From an uncultured Gammaproteobacteria bacterium (GTDB taxonomy: Bacteria > Patescibacteriota > Microgenomatia > UBA8517), in assembly GCA_964583685.1 (NCBI GenBank), contig CAZOVJ010000001.1:393152-457151 (forward strand): a stretch of DNA of 64,000 nt, in the 5' to 3' direction. A program made the position numbers and the translations under genes. This document shows positions 19,046-29,247 of this stretch, one piece after another. Below the pieces are notes generated by a model. The model searched no databases, had not been told where the DNA came from, and saw only the letters and a program-made list of their open reading frames with translations. Position 1 is the stretch's first letter. Each line of letters opens with the position of its first letter.

Positions 19046-21478
19046 TCAAGTATAACTTTTTACCTTTCTCCTGCCAAGCAAATGGCTGGCCGGCACTAAA
19101 GTTAAGAGCAAAACCAGTGAAACCATTGATAACTTTAAACCATTAAAGAAAGATTCTGGTTGATAAACAAAACGTACCTCATGCTTGCCGCTGGGAATCT
19201 GAATTGCCCGGAAAGCAAAATCAGCCCGATAGATCTTTGTTTCTTTTCCGTCAATATAGGCCTTCCATCCCGGATAAAAGGCATCGGAAATAAAAAGCAA
19301 GCCATCTGAATCTGTTTGAACATTAATTACACTCTCCTGCTCTTCATATTTCCCGTAACTTATCTGACAAACCCCTTTTTCTCTCTTTTCTATCCCTGGC
19401 TCTTCTTCTAAAATCACTTTTTCCCTAAAGGGATATTTTGGATCAATAAGTTTTTTTAAGATCAATTGGTCATCCTTTATGACCTCCCAATCATAAACCA
19501 TAAAGGCCCGGGGAAGAACATTCTTACTCTCAAGAACAACCGTTGTTTTATCTTCAAAGGCCAAGCTAAATCTCTCAGTTCTAAAACGGCTGGGAATTTG
19601 GCCTTCTGGGTCCGGGTCATTCTTCTCATCCCTTTTTAGAGCAAGATAATACTTTGTATTCACCAGATCAAGCAAGTGTGATGTATCATTGTCAACCGTG
19701 CCGTATCTACCCACTGGATCTGTCCCCACTTTCTGACTATTTAATGCAGCCAAAAACCGAGAGATTCTCAATGGATGAATGGTTTCATAACCCTCCAGAG
19801 AATCTAATTTATAAGGTGTTCGCATATTTACAGGAACTACTCTATTCCCTGTTACCCTAAAGGGTTGTTCTTGGGAGATTAAAAAATCCAAGATTGGAGT
19901 TGTCGGAAAAATCAGTCTTCTTTCAGAAAAAGGCGTAAATTTCCATCCGAACCTAAATAATTCAAACAAAAGCAAAAACGACAAAAGTAAAAGGCCAAGC
20001 TTTTTTAATTTCTCCCATCTGGCCATAAACCAAAGAGCGACAGAAATTGTTATTAAAATAGCTGCTGGCAAAACCATATTCCTAAGAGCAACTTTATACT
20101 TGGCTATCCCACGAACAAAAAACAAACTTGGATCAGACTGGGTCATCAGGAATTTATAGACGGCAAAAGCTCCAAAGCCAGCAATTATCAAAGAAGGAAG
20201 TAATAAGGCAAAAATATATTTAAATTTGGCTCTTGCTTTCCAAATATAATCAAAGCCAAATCCCACAAGAAGAGCTACCCCAAAATTAAACAGTATTGTC
20301 GCTCTGTGAGCTGAGGCTGCTCGCATGCCAATAATATCCTCAGTCCATAAAAAGACTGGAAGGGGAGTGGGGAAAGATAAAATAAGTGAAAAAATTGATA
20401 ATATAAACAAAAACAGAACCGCTCTTTTTGTTTTTAAAAACTTTAGGCCCAAGGTTGCTAAAACAAAAACTACCACCCCAGCGTATCCAGTATTTGAGGT
20501 ATAGTCCTGGGGACCCCAGTAATTAGCGGTTGCATGATTGCCAAAATAGTCGGGGGCAAAAAATGTTATTATTTTTGACCAAGGTAAAAAGGCCCACTCA
20601 AAAGGATGTGGCTCAAAACTCCTTTGTGAAAGCCCCCATAATTCTACTGTTGGTAAAATCTGAAAAGCAGCCAGACCAAGAGCAAAAACCAAAAAGAAAG
20701 ATAAAGAGATTGTCCTTTTGATAAATTCTAAACTTCTGTCCTTGTAAAACTTTACTAACCAGAAAATAATCATGGCTATGGCCGTGTATAAACTAGTCTG
20801 GGGATAACCTGAAAGAAGTTGAAAAACCAAAGTCGATGCTAAAAGAACACCATCTTTTATTTTGCCTTTCTTCAAATATTTATCCTCAAAAAGAATGGCC
20901 AAGGGAATAAAACTTGATGCCAGTGTGTGTCCATTCCACTGGGAAAAAATAAGATTAAAACCGGAAAAAGCAAAAGCTACTCCTCCTAAAATTGATCCAA
21001 ATTTGGAGACCTTCCAATGTCTTAAGAGAAGATAGGAAAAAAAAGCAACTAGTATATGCTGGAAAGCTATTTGCAAATTCCAGGCTGTTAATTTATCAAA
21101 AAGAAAATAAACAAAATTTGTTGGCGAAAAGGGCGCCGCCTGTAGATTAGCAAAAAGTGGGGTACCAGTGAGAATATGAGGGTTCCATAAAGGCCACTGA
21201 CCAATTTTGATCAAATCAATACCCAGCATCTGTTCAGGATAGATTAATGAAACAACATCAGTAGTAATCGGATTTTTTACAGGCACTCCAACCGAGTATC
21301 CCCATTTATAATCAAGCCAGGGATAATAAACGCCAACAACAAAATCTCCGGGGATGGAAACTTGGCCAAGGAGAACCACTTTCCAAAAAAAGATTAAAAC
21401 CAGGCCAATAATCAAGACCAATGGCCAGAATCGTTTAAAGAAGGCCCAAAAACTCTTCCTCAAATCTTTCATACCCAT
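19046..21478 (-). CDS. YfhO-family GT-C membrane protein
   Basis: GQWPLWNPHILTGTP, LLSGYPQ, LPRAF, C-terminal DAFYPGWKAYIDG...AFRAIQIPSGKHEVRFVYQP. Confidence 0.85.
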   Translation of the reverse strand: MGMKDLRKSFWAFFKRFWPLVLIIGLVLIFFWKVVLLGQVSIPGDFVVGVYYPWLDYKWGYSVGVPVKNPITTDVVSLIYPEQMLGIDLIKIGQWPLWNPHILTGTPLFANLQAAPFSPTNFVYFLFDKLTAWNLQIAFQHILVAFFSYLLLRHWKVSKFGSILGGVAFAFSGFNLIFSQWNGHTLASSFIPLAILFEDKYLKKGKIKDGVLLASTLVFQLLSGYPQTSLYTAIAMIIFWLVKFYKDRSLEFIKRTISLSFFLVFALGLAAFQILPTVELWGLSQRSFEPHPFEWAFLPWSKIITFFAPDYFGNHATANYWGPQDYTSNTGYAGVVVFVLATLGLKFLKTKRAVLFLFILSIFSLILSFPTPLPVFLWTEDIIGMRAASAHRATILFNFGVALLVGFGFDYIWKARAKFKYIFALLLPSLIIAGFGAFAVYKFLMTQSDPSLFFVRGIAKYKVALRNMVLPAAILITISVALWFMARWEKLKKLGLLLLSFLLLFELFRFGWKFTPFSERRLIFPTTPILDFLISQEQPFRVTGNRVVPVNMRTPYKLDSLEGYETIHPLRISRFLAALNSQKVGTDPVGRYGTVDNDTSHLLDLVNTKYYLALKRDEKNDPDPEGQIPSRFRTERFSLAFEDKTTVVLESKNVLPRAFMVYDWEVIKDDQLILKKLIDPKYPFREKVILEEEPGIEKREKGVCQISYGKYEEQESVINVQTDSDGLLFISDAFYPGWKAYIDGKETKIYRADFAFRAIQIPSGKHEVRFVYQPESFFNGLKLSMVSLVLLLTLVPASHLLGRRKVKSYT

Positions 21479-22460
21479 ATTTTTGGCTCTCCTCTCTTGC
21501 GGCTAAAGAAAGCGTTCTCCATTTTTTTGAATCCCCTATTGTCTGCCTGGTAAAAAACAAAAGTTCTTTTGTTGTCCGCCAAAGATAGCCATTTTCCTTA
21601 TTCTCTATTATTTCTTGATGTCCACCTCCGGAAAAAACAATTGGCACTGCTCCGGTGGCCATGGCCTCGACAACACTTATACCAAAATGTTCAAGCTTCT
21701 CCGGTTCCATTTTCTCGTCAACTCCAAAACCAGATGCTGACCAAAAAAGTCTTGCTTTGCCATATAAATCCTTTAACTCATTAAAACTTGGGCTTTCAAT
21801 TATTTTTATCGGATAGCCCATGGAACTCTTTCTCAGCTTCTTAACAAAATCATTTACCCCAACTTCAACCCCACCAGCCAAAATCAGTTTCCACTCACTA
21901 AACCCAGAATCACAAAATCTTTTAAAGGCCTTTATTAAAATATCTTGCCTTTTTGCCTGCTTCAATTGAGAAAAGCGACCAATGGATACAATTAAATTTT
22001 CCTTTCTTTTGGATTTTATTTTCTCAACATCAACAGGCGGGTAAATAACAATGCTGTCAACACCATATTCTTTATCTATAAACTTTTTCGTGAAGTATGA
22101 ATTGCAGATAACTTCTCCTATCCTGAAAAATTTCATTCTATTAAGTAGGGTTTTCCCGTTCATAGAATGAAAGGGGACTTGGAAATGTAAAAAATTCTTG
22201 CGTGCACGAAGTATCGGAATACTCCCATCAGAAACCCAAAAACAAACATCGTATCCGTCTCCTCTGCCAATATCTTTGACAAAATTCACTTCTTTTAATT
22301 GAATACCGAATCTTTCTTCAATCTTTCTTTTGATATTTTCATCCTTCCATTCAACATCAACCCTATATCCCTTACCAACTAAGGCTTGGGCTACTGCCAT
22401 AGAGTAGCGCTCGCCCCCTCCCAAAGTATCCAGATATGGATTATAAATCGCTGCCCTCAT
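21435..22460 (-). CDS. GT4 glycosyltransferase
   Basis: LGGGER, CNSYFT, IYPPV, SIGRF, EHFGISVVEAMATG. Confidence 0.9.
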   Translation of the reverse strand: MRAAIYNPYLDTLGGGERYSMAVAQALVGKGYRVDVEWKDENIKRKIEERFGIQLKEVNFVKDIGRGDGYDVCFWVSDGSIPILRARKNFLHFQVPFHSMNGKTLLNRMKFFRIGEVICNSYFTKKFIDKEYGVDSIVIYPPVDVEKIKSKRKENLIVSIGRFSQLKQAKRQDILIKAFKRFCDSGFSEWKLILAGGVEVGVNDFVKKLRKSSMGYPIKIIESPSFNELKDLYGKARLFWSASGFGVDEKMEPEKLEHFGISVVEAMATGAVPIVFSGGGHQEIIENKENGYLWRTTKELLFFTRQTIGDSKKWRTLSLAAREESQKYGYERFEEEFLGLL

Positions 22461-23263
22461 TTTGCATTTTGATTTTTAAATTTTGCACTTTTTAATTGCA
22501 TTTCCCACAATTTTGCATAACTAACAAACCGACTAAACATCTGATAAATAATCTCCATAATACCAATCGGGCCGTCTAAAAAACCCAACTTGAGCACTGC
22601 TCGGTACCAAAATTCCCGAAAAACGGCGGATGAAAATCGGCAAATATTCATCTTCGGATGGCCAGCTTCAAACATCAAGCGGACTTCAATCTCTGACCAC
22701 CTATTAGTTTTTTCAACCATCTCCGTTAAGGAACGGTGAGTAAGATGAATCATTGGTTCTTTTAACTTGCCAACACTGCCTTTAATCTTCGGCTGTTCGT
22801 GAAGTTCTCCTCGCCAAGCCTCCAACTTATCCTTTTTAATCAACCTCAAAACATAATCCGGCCACCAACCACCGTGTCTCATTTCATGGCCTAGTAAAAT
22901 ATTACGCCTGGGAATAGCAAAGGCAGAGTGAACAGTGAACGGTGAACAGTGAACGGTGAACAGTGAAAGAATCTCTTTTTTAAGTTCAGGGGTTACACGC
23001 TCGTCGGCATCAATATAAAAGAGCCACTCTCCCTTGGCTTTTTCTGCTCCGAGATTCCTCCAATTTGAAAAACCCTTCTTTCTTGTTTTAATAATCTCAG
23101 CCCCATGCTTTTGGGCAATTTTCACTGTTTTATCAGTCGAGCCACTGTCAATAATAATAACCTCATCTGCCAATCCTTGAAGCGAGTTCAAACATCCACC
23201 AATCATCTTTTCTTCATTTTTGGCAACAATTATCGCACTCAAATGGACTTTTTTATTTTTCAT
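22457..23263 (-). CDS. GT2 glycosyltransferase (WaaE/KdtX-like)
   Basis: IIVAKNEE, IDSGSTDKT, YIDADE, WWPDY, LHE, GFLDG; ATG 23263 overlaps the upstream TGA. Confidence 0.88.
   Translation of the reverse strand: MKNKKVHLSAIIVAKNEEKMIGGCLNSLQGLADEVIIIDSGSTDKTVKIAQKHGAEIIKTRKKGFSNWRNLGAEKAKGEWLFYIDADERVTPELKKEILSLFTVHCSPFTVHSAFAIPRRNILLGHEMRHGGWWPDYVLRLIKKDKLEAWRGELHEQPKIKGSVGKLKEPMIHLTHRSLTEMVEKTNRWSEIEVRLMFEAGHPKMNICRFSSAVFREFWYRAVLKLGFLDGPIGIMEIIYQMFSRFVSYAKLWEMQLKSAKFKNQNAK
22458..22492. repeat. Heptamer array spanning a stop/start junction
   Basis: Minus strand reads AAAAGTG CAAAATT TAAAAAT CAAAATG CAAAATG(A) and encodes KSAKFKNQNAK*; the last unit contains the next gene's ATG. Confidence 0.75.
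22927..22968. repeat. Intragenic heptamer array (RGTGAAC x6, 42 bp)
   Basis: agtgaac agtgaac ggtgaac agtgaac ggtgaac agtgaaa; encodes SLFTVHCSPFTVHS. Confidence 0.92.
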
Positions 23264-24186
23264 TTCCATGAGCCCTGACCTAAACGGCAAAGATAAAAAT
23301 CGCGAACAGCCTTTTTCTGCCATTCTCTACCTGAAAGCAAAAATTTCAGACTTTCTTTGAAAAGAGCGAGCTTTGCCCTCAAAGAAGCATATTTTATAGC
23401 AAACAAAAGTCTGTTTCGGGTAATAAAATAGTCATTTAAATTACTGCCAATTCCCGAGCTCCTGGCTACCTTGTGCCAAAGATGGGCCGAAGGTAGATAC
23501 AAAATCTGCCAACCCTTTTTCTTCATCCGTTGACACAAATCTACATCCTCTAAATACATAAAATACTCCTCATCAAAAAAACCCACTTCCTTTAAAGCCT
23601 GAGCTCTTATTAACATACAGGCTCCGCTAGCAAAATCTGTTTCCTCAACTTTATCGTATTGTCCTTTATCCAGCTCATCCACACCCCGATTACTACCCAA
23701 AAGATTTTTCCAATCGAACTTTCCTCCTGCATACCAAATAATTTTCCCCAACTCTGATTTCTTGTATCTTTTTTTGTGAAACTCAAATCCGGGTGCAAAA
23801 TAGATTTTTGGCGACAAAATCCCTGCCTTTTCATAATTTTCAGCCGCTTTAATTAATTGAAGTAAAAGACTTTTATCGACCAAGGTATCGTTGTTCAAAA
23901 GTAGCAGATAATCAGCCTTGTTTTTAAGAGCATATTTAATACCAACATTATTCCCCCCGCTAAATCCCAAGTTCTTTTTATTCTTAATTAGTTGAAAGTT
24001 GGAGGTTGAAAGTTGAAAGTTGCTGAGGCTCTCAGGTGAGCTATCAGTTGAGCCATTGTCCACCACAACCACTTCTACCCTGCAATTATCAGTTAATAGC
24101 CCCTTAAGAGATTTCAAGCACTCAAGAGTATCCTCATGGCCGTTGTAGTTCAAAATGATAATTGAAACCTTTAGCTCTTTAGCCAT
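23260..24186 (-). CDS. GT2 glycosyltransferase (rhamnosyltransferase-like)
   Basis: SIIILNYNG, VVDNGSTD, NLGFSGGNN, LLNND, YLEDVDLC. Confidence 0.85.
   Translation of the reverse strand: MAKELKVSIIILNYNGHEDTLECLKSLKGLLTDNCRVEVVVVDNGSTDSSPESLSNFQLSTSNFQLIKNKKNLGFSGGNNVGIKYALKNKADYLLLLNNDTLVDKSLLLQLIKAAENYEKAGILSPKIYFAPGFEFHKKRYKKSELGKIIWYAGGKFDWKNLLGSNRGVDELDKGQYDKVEETDFASGACMLIRAQALKEVGFFDEEYFMYLEDVDLCQRMKKKGWQILYLPSAHLWHKVARSSGIGSNLNDYFITRNRLLFAIKYASLRAKLALFKESLKFLLSGREWQKKAVRDFYLCRLGQGSWK
23990..24024. repeat. Intragenic heptamer array (AGTTGAA-like x5)
   Basis: agttgaa agttgga ggttgaa agttgaa agttgct; encodes SNFQLSTSNFQL. Confidence 0.85.
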
Positions 24187-25099
24187 TTAAAAATTTTCTT
24201 TTAATTCTCAGAAAAAATGAAGAAAAAAGATTTTTGGAACTGATAAGAGACTCTGTTGACCACCAATTATATTCCCCAATAGTCTTCTTAATCTCCTTGT
24301 CTACCTCTGGCAAAGAAAATTGTTGTCCGAGAAATTTCTCTTCCTGCCAAATTTTCAAATACAAAACAAGTTCAGAAAAGGCTTGAAGAAGAGAAAGAGC
24401 AAGACCATGAAGACCATCTTTATATCCCTGACCATGAAAATAGCGACCTAAAAATTCAGAGCTAGGTCGTCTTATAAGGTCGGGCCAAATAAATCTATGT
24501 CCTTCTTTTATTTTGTGGTTTGCTTGTATTGTTGTGTAGCGATTCATACGCCTCAAAAATTGCTCAATTGATTGATAATGATGATGAATAATAGCCAAAT
24601 CTTCTTTGGCCGGTAAATCAATTCCCCGACCCTTGGTCATAGGAATAGAGTGAATCACCTCACTCCACTTAACAGATCCCTTTTTGAAAAAACGAATATT
24701 TAAATCAGGCCACCAGCGAGAATGTTTCAGCCATTTACCAAAAACAATGTTCTTACGAGGAATTCGATAAAAATCAGGGCCAAGCCCTTGACTAGCAGAA
24801 TCGGCTATCTCCCTTAACTTTCTGGCCAAGCCCTGCTGAAGTTCTTCGTCTGCATCTAAAATTAAAATCCAATCTCCTTCTGTTTTAGAAATGGCAAAAT
24901 TCCTGGCTGGCTCGACATAACCTGTTCTCTTGTGTTTAAAAACCTTTGCCCCTGCCTTTTTGGCAATCTCAACTGTTTTGTCAATTGACTGCATATCAAC
25001 AACAACAATTTCATCTGCCAGCTGCTGGATGGAAACAAGAAGGCGTGGTAAATTTTTCTCCTCATTTAAGGTGTTGACGACAACTGAAATCTTGCTCAC
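24179..25099 (-). CDS. GT2 glycosyltransferase (WaaE/KdtX-like)
   Basis: VVVNTLNEE, VVDMQSIDKT, ILDADE, WWPD, GYKDG; TGGTAAAAT lies 6 nt before the GTG start. Confidence 0.88.
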   Translation of the reverse strand: MSKISVVVNTLNEEKNLPRLLVSIQQLADEIVVVDMQSIDKTVEIAKKAGAKVFKHKRTGYVEPARNFAISKTEGDWILILDADEELQQGLARKLREIADSASQGLGPDFYRIPRKNIVFGKWLKHSRWWPDLNIRFFKKGSVKWSEVIHSIPMTKGRGIDLPAKEDLAIIHHHYQSIEQFLRRMNRYTTIQANHKIKEGHRFIWPDLIRRPSSEFLGRYFHGQGYKDGLHGLALSLLQAFSELVLYLKIWQEEKFLGQQFSLPEVDKEIKKTIGEYNWWSTESLISSKNLFSSFFLRIKRKFLNG

Positions 25100-25147
25100 A
25101 AATCAATTTTACCACGATATCTCAGATTTATTTAATCTTTTCCTTGA

Positions 25148-25183
25148 AGCCTCATTGACTCCAACCTGCCATGAGGCTATAGT
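25148..25183 (+). promoter_or_regulatory. Sigma70-type promoter overlapped by an inverted repeat
   Basis: TTGACT (25155-25160)-N17-TATAGT (25178-25183); AGCCTCAT-N15-ATGAGGCT at 25148-25178. Confidence 0.6.
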
Positions 25184-25347
25184 ATGTACGAACCTTAAAA
25201 GCAAAAATACCTATAGGAGGATTGCCTGTTTAAAAAACAACTGCAGAATGGTGACTCTGGCACTTAGCTTTTTGTCTATTTTCTTGCGCTCATCCTCATA
25301 GCGAGGAAATCGGGGCAATGACTTAGCAAACTGAAAGGAGCAAGATC

Positions 25348-25713
25348 GTGATTGAGACTAAAGATGGTCAGGGTTCTGAACAGGTTCATGTCACCATATT
25401 CACTCTAATTGCGGAACTCGAGGGCTATGCCTGGGTGGCCTGTGGCATGATTTTCGCCCAGTTTCTCATCAACCTGGTTGGCCCAGCAAGGCTAACTTGC
25501 GGTGCCGGCGAAGCCTACTGTCGGGATTGGCAGTTGCTACTCCTTTCTCTGGCAATTGGGCTAATAATATTTAGCTTAATTGCCTTGTGGTGTTTCTTCA
25601 GGAAAACCGCTTTATTCCCGCAAGTGCGTACTCCAGGGGTAATCTTAGCTAGCCTTGGGGCATTTGCCGGAATAGTGGTAGCGTCCACGATCCTGGCAGG
25701 AATTTTCTACTAG
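25348..25713 (+). CDS. Small hypothetical membrane protein (about 3 TM)
   Basis: AAAGGAG Shine-Dalgarno before GTG; three hydrophobic stretches; CGAGEAYC loop. Confidence 0.55.
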   Translation: MIETKDGQGSEQVHVTIFTLIAELEGYAWVACGMIFAQFLINLVGPARLTCGAGEAYCRDWQLLLLSLAIGLIIFSLIALWCFFRKTALFPQVRTPGVILASLGAFAGIVVASTILAGIFY

Positions 25714-25772
25714 TTACAGGAGGCAGAAATGCTAAAGCTCTATGGTTGGCTGCTCTGACCGTCGGTCCATAA

Positions 25773-25812
25773 GTGGGTGTTGCTTAATGCAGCAAAGACA
25801 GGCAGCACCCAC
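25773..25812. terminator. 13-bp stem-loop between convergent genes
   Basis: GTGGGTGTTGCTT...AGGCAGCACCCAC with two G-U pairs; no U-tract, so terminator function is uncertain. Confidence 0.4.
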
Positions 25813-25813
25813 C

Positions 25814-27535
25814 TCAGTATTTCACTTCGTATATATTAACTTCTGAATTTTCAAATATTTTTGTTATTCCCAGCTGAGTCTCACCAAGTTTAGCTCGCTG
25901 GTCTTTTAGCCAATAAATATAAGAAATATTATTTTCTATCAGAAACTTCCTTACTTGATTTTGTTCCAGAGTGTTTAAGAAATCTAAAACTTTTTCCCGT
26001 CTTGAAGGCCAATCGTAACCAGTGATATTTAAATTAACCTCATCTTCAAGGTAAACTGGCTTATCAGAAAAAGCAGAAACATAGGCTGTTGATTCATATA
26101 AATAAAGGGGTCTGGGTGGGTGGCTAACTGCCTTTTCTGCCGCCTCTTTATCAAAAGGATAGGTTAGCACTACAGCTTCTGGCTGTTGAGAAAGAAAGCC
26201 TAGGGCTTCAAGTTCTTGATTTGAAATTTTGGCCGGAGGCCGACCGGTCAAATAATGATTTTTTAGTGTTACAAAAGTGGTAGGAATTGTCAATAAAACA
26301 ACGCCTATCACTATAAGGATACGAGCCCATGAAGTTTTTTGCCTCTCAAACCATTCTCCCACCACCAAGCCGGCCAAGATTGCAGAAAAAAATAAAGAAT
26401 AGTAAAAAAACTGAATTGTATTCCAAGGAGTCCCCTTCTGAAGGAAAAAGAGGGGAATAAACAGGCCGGCCAATATTACTGTTCCCAAGAATATTTCAAT
26501 CTCACCTATTTTTTTAAATTTTTTCAGCCATTGACAAAAGACAATTGCTCCCAGAACCCTAGTTCCCATATTCCCCAGCCAAAATATTAGGAAAGCAATT
26601 AAATAGGCTGGAACTGCTTTCCAGTAAATCTTGGCCAGCCGATAGTTAACCATTGCCTCCTGAAATCTTGGCCAGCCCAGCCGGTCTGAAAGACCCATCA
26701 TTGTTTCCAAAAACCAAAAAGGCCGGAAAACCAAAAGCCCAACAGATTTTTTGTTTAAGGCTAAAAATAAAAGAAGAGAAATGACTAAGGAAGCAAAAAA
26801 GACAAAAATAAGCCTCCTATTTTTTTTACAAAGAATTGCTAGGCCTAGACCAAGCAAGGCTAAAACCCCAGCATAAGCCTTCACCTCAATGAGAATAGCA
26901 AAAATAAAAACAGCAAAGAGAAAATGAAAAAGAGAGAAACGCTTTTTGAGCTCTAGTAAAGCGATTAAGCCCAAAAGCAGCAAAAGCAAAGATAAAGCAA
27001 AAGGAGGATTAATCAGAGTTGAAATCGCCTGTTGGGCCCAAAACATGGACTCTCCAGTAAGCCTTCCTTCTCGGACAAGGCTCACCAGCCAGCCAAAACT
27101 AGCAGCAAAATAAGTAAAAAACAGAGCCCAAAGTGCTTGGGTTCGGGCCTGCCTCGCCGAGTCTAGGCGGGATTTTCTCCAAACAAGAACAAATTTATAG
27201 GTCGCCAGGCCAATTAAAATTGCCAAGATTGGCGGTGTCAATTGAAAATAAAGAATCTCAACCGGAATCCGGCTGATTTTATGGATAATTGCCAAAAGAA
27301 GATCAAAGCCCGGATGATAATTGGCCAGTTTCTCTCCGGCAAAAACCGGCATCTCGGCTGAATTCCTAGCTAAACTCTTAATCAAGCTAATATGCCAAAT
27401 ACCATCGTGGCCATTTGCTCCCCAGAACCCCAGACCAGAAGCACAGGCCGCATCCCAACAAAGCCCGCTTCTAACCATAACCAAGGACCAGGACAGAACA
27501 CCAAGAATAATTAGTAACACTGTTAATTTCCTCAT
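25814..27535 (-). CDS. Polytopic membrane protein, probable GT-C
   Basis: GHDGIWH and MPVFAGEKLANYH in the first external loop, VKAYAG, about 12 TM, C-terminal NISYIY..IFENSEVNIY domain. Confidence 0.65.
   Translation of the reverse strand: MRKLTVLLIILGVLSWSLVMVRSGLCWDAACASGLGFWGANGHDGIWHISLIKSLARNSAEMPVFAGEKLANYHPGFDLLLAIIHKISRIPVEILYFQLTPPILAILIGLATYKFVLVWRKSRLDSARQARTQALWALFFTYFAASFGWLVSLVREGRLTGESMFWAQQAISTLINPPFALSLLLLLLGLIALLELKKRFSLFHFLFAVFIFAILIEVKAYAGVLALLGLGLAILCKKNRRLIFVFFASLVISLLLFLALNKKSVGLLVFRPFWFLETMMGLSDRLGWPRFQEAMVNYRLAKIYWKAVPAYLIAFLIFWLGNMGTRVLGAIVFCQWLKKFKKIGEIEIFLGTVILAGLFIPLFFLQKGTPWNTIQFFYYSLFFSAILAGLVVGEWFERQKTSWARILIVIGVVLLTIPTTFVTLKNHYLTGRPPAKISNQELEALGFLSQQPEAVVLTYPFDKEAAEKAVSHPPRPLYLYESTAYVSAFSDKPVYLEDEVNLNITGYDWPSRREKVLDFLNTLEQNQVRKFLIENNISYIYWLKDQRAKLGETQLGITKIFENSEVNIYEVKY
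27148..27171. repeat. 24-bp palindromic insert inside a CDS
   Basis: CCTGCCT-CGCCGAGTCT-AGGCGGG; encodes SRLDSARQA. Confidence 0.7.
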
Positions 27536-29247
27536 CAGATTTTAGTTATCCAACTTTGACAAAATTTCTTCCTTGACTGCCCTTCAACACTAAAATCCCT
27601 GTACGCCTCAGGGTGAACATACTGCCCAAGTTCAAAATCTCGACACAAAAAATCCTTTTTAATCACGTATTTTGCCAAAACATCCCGAAAGCGAGTAATG
27701 CGAGCAAAACCCTGTTCTGTCTCTTCTCTGCAATTCAGCTTCCCGTCAAAAATCCAAACAATATTTTCGTCCAGGCCATTCTCAAAACAATCAGAAACAA
27801 AGCTGACATTTCTATAGGAATAGTTTTTGTTAACCAGTCCCTCTGGTGCATTTAGATAAAAAAGGTACTCATGAAAAAGAATTTTTGGTTCAAAAGTAGA
27901 AACAATAATTTCTTTATTTGGATATGTCTTTTGAGTTAAATCTATATATCGAACAAGAACTCTATCTTGGAAAAACCATCCATCAGAAGCATAAACCGGA
28001 AAGCGATAAAAATAGATATGTAAAAGATTGACAAAAAGCAGCAAATAGATTGCGAGCAAAAAATATTTCAATCTTCCGAATCTCATTACATAACCTAAAC
28101 CGAGCCCAATTAAAATAATCAGAAAAGGGTACATCAACCCCGCTCTTTGGCTGTAAGAATGCTCGATTGTACTCAACCCAGAGGTCAACGAACCAACGGC
28201 AATGGCAACCAATAAAAACCACCATGTTTTTTTGCTTTTGAAAAACAATAGACTAAAGCCAACCAGCAAAAAAAGTAAGTCAACAAAGTAAAAAGTGCCG
28301 TGTTTCTGATAAGAAAAAGCAGCCCGAAGTTCGCCATTAAGAAACAAATTATCAGCCGAAAAAGTGTTCAGGTATTTTTCTAAAAAGCCCTTGCCATAAA
28401 CAGTTAACTTATTAATAAACAAATTATTGAACTGCCAGGGTACTGTTCTTAACCTCTCGCTGTTTACCTCACCACTTATTTCAGACAATGTTGGTAAATA
28501 GAGTTCTCCACCTCTTGCCCTCATTGATTGATTCTGGATAATAATTACTGCATAACTAGCAAGGATGACAGAAACAATAAGACTGAAAACAAGATAGGGT
28601 TTTATGCTGCGTTGACCACTAGAAAAGTAATGATAAAAAAGAGTAGCGATTATAAAAAAATAAAAAGCAATCTGACCACCTGTATAGCTAAAAAAACCCA
28701 AGAGATAAAAAGGTAAAGCATAAAAGATACCATAATCTTTCTTCTTCAGAAGAACAAGAAAACCAAGCAAAAAGAAAAAGACAAAAAAGTTTACCTCAAA
28801 GACCGTCCTACCCATTAAAAAGCTCCAGGGATTTATTGCCATTACAAAAGATGTGATAATGGCAGTCTTTTTGTCGGCGAAAAGGTGCATAACTAAGTGA
28901 TAAACAACCAGGACAGTGAGCGAAGATAAAAGTGCGCCGACCATCCTACTTGCAAAAAGGGAAAAAGGCAGAGGACCAACAATTAGCATCAATAAAAATA
29001 CTGGAACCTCTGCAACCGTAACAGTGAAATCTTGCATTTGAGTCGGTAAAACTGCCGGAGCTGTACCCGATACAAACTTACCAGTTTTAAAGAATGATTT
29101 TGCTGCAACAACATAATTGAGCTCGTCATGTGTCATTCCTATAGGGAACTTGTCAAGTAAAATTAACCTTATCCCCAGAGAAAAAATAAAAATCAGGAGC
29201 AACCAAAATTTATTTTGAAAAAACTGTTCTAAAGCCTTTTTTAACAT
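27535..29247 (-). CDS. GT-C ArnT/PMT-like glycosyltransferase (divergent subfamily A)
   Basis: MTHDELNY..SFFKTG, AINPWSFLMGR..E, LFINK, EPKILF. Confidence 0.75.
   Translation of the reverse strand: MLKKALEQFFQNKFWLLLIFIFSLGIRLILLDKFPIGMTHDELNYVVAAKSFFKTGKFVSGTAPAVLPTQMQDFTVTVAEVPVFLLMLIVGPLPFSLFASRMVGALLSSLTVLVVYHLVMHLFADKKTAIITSFVMAINPWSFLMGRTVFEVNFFVFFFLLGFLVLLKKKDYGIFYALPFYLLGFFSYTGGQIAFYFFIIATLFYHYFSSGQRSIKPYLVFSLIVSVILASYAVIIIQNQSMRARGGELYLPTLSEISGEVNSERLRTVPWQFNNLFINKLTVYGKGFLEKYLNTFSADNLFLNGELRAAFSYQKHGTFYFVDLLFLLVGFSLLFFKSKKTWWFLLVAIAVGSLTSGLSTIEHSYSQRAGLMYPFLIILIGLGLGYVMRFGRLKYFLLAIYLLLFVNLLHIYFYRFPVYASDGWFFQDRVLVRYIDLTQKTYPNKEIIVSTFEPKILFHEYLFYLNAPEGLVNKNYSYRNVSFVSDCFENGLDENIVWIFDGKLNCREETEQGFARITRFRDVLAKYVIKKDFLCRDFELGQYVHPEAYRDFSVEGQSRKKFCQSWITKI

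Noticed and set aside
25190-25347. Known riboswitch such as c-di-GMP-I, suggested by GCAAAC..GAAAGG
   Set aside because: The required stems and the rest of the consensus are absent, and AAAGGAG is better explained as an SD site.
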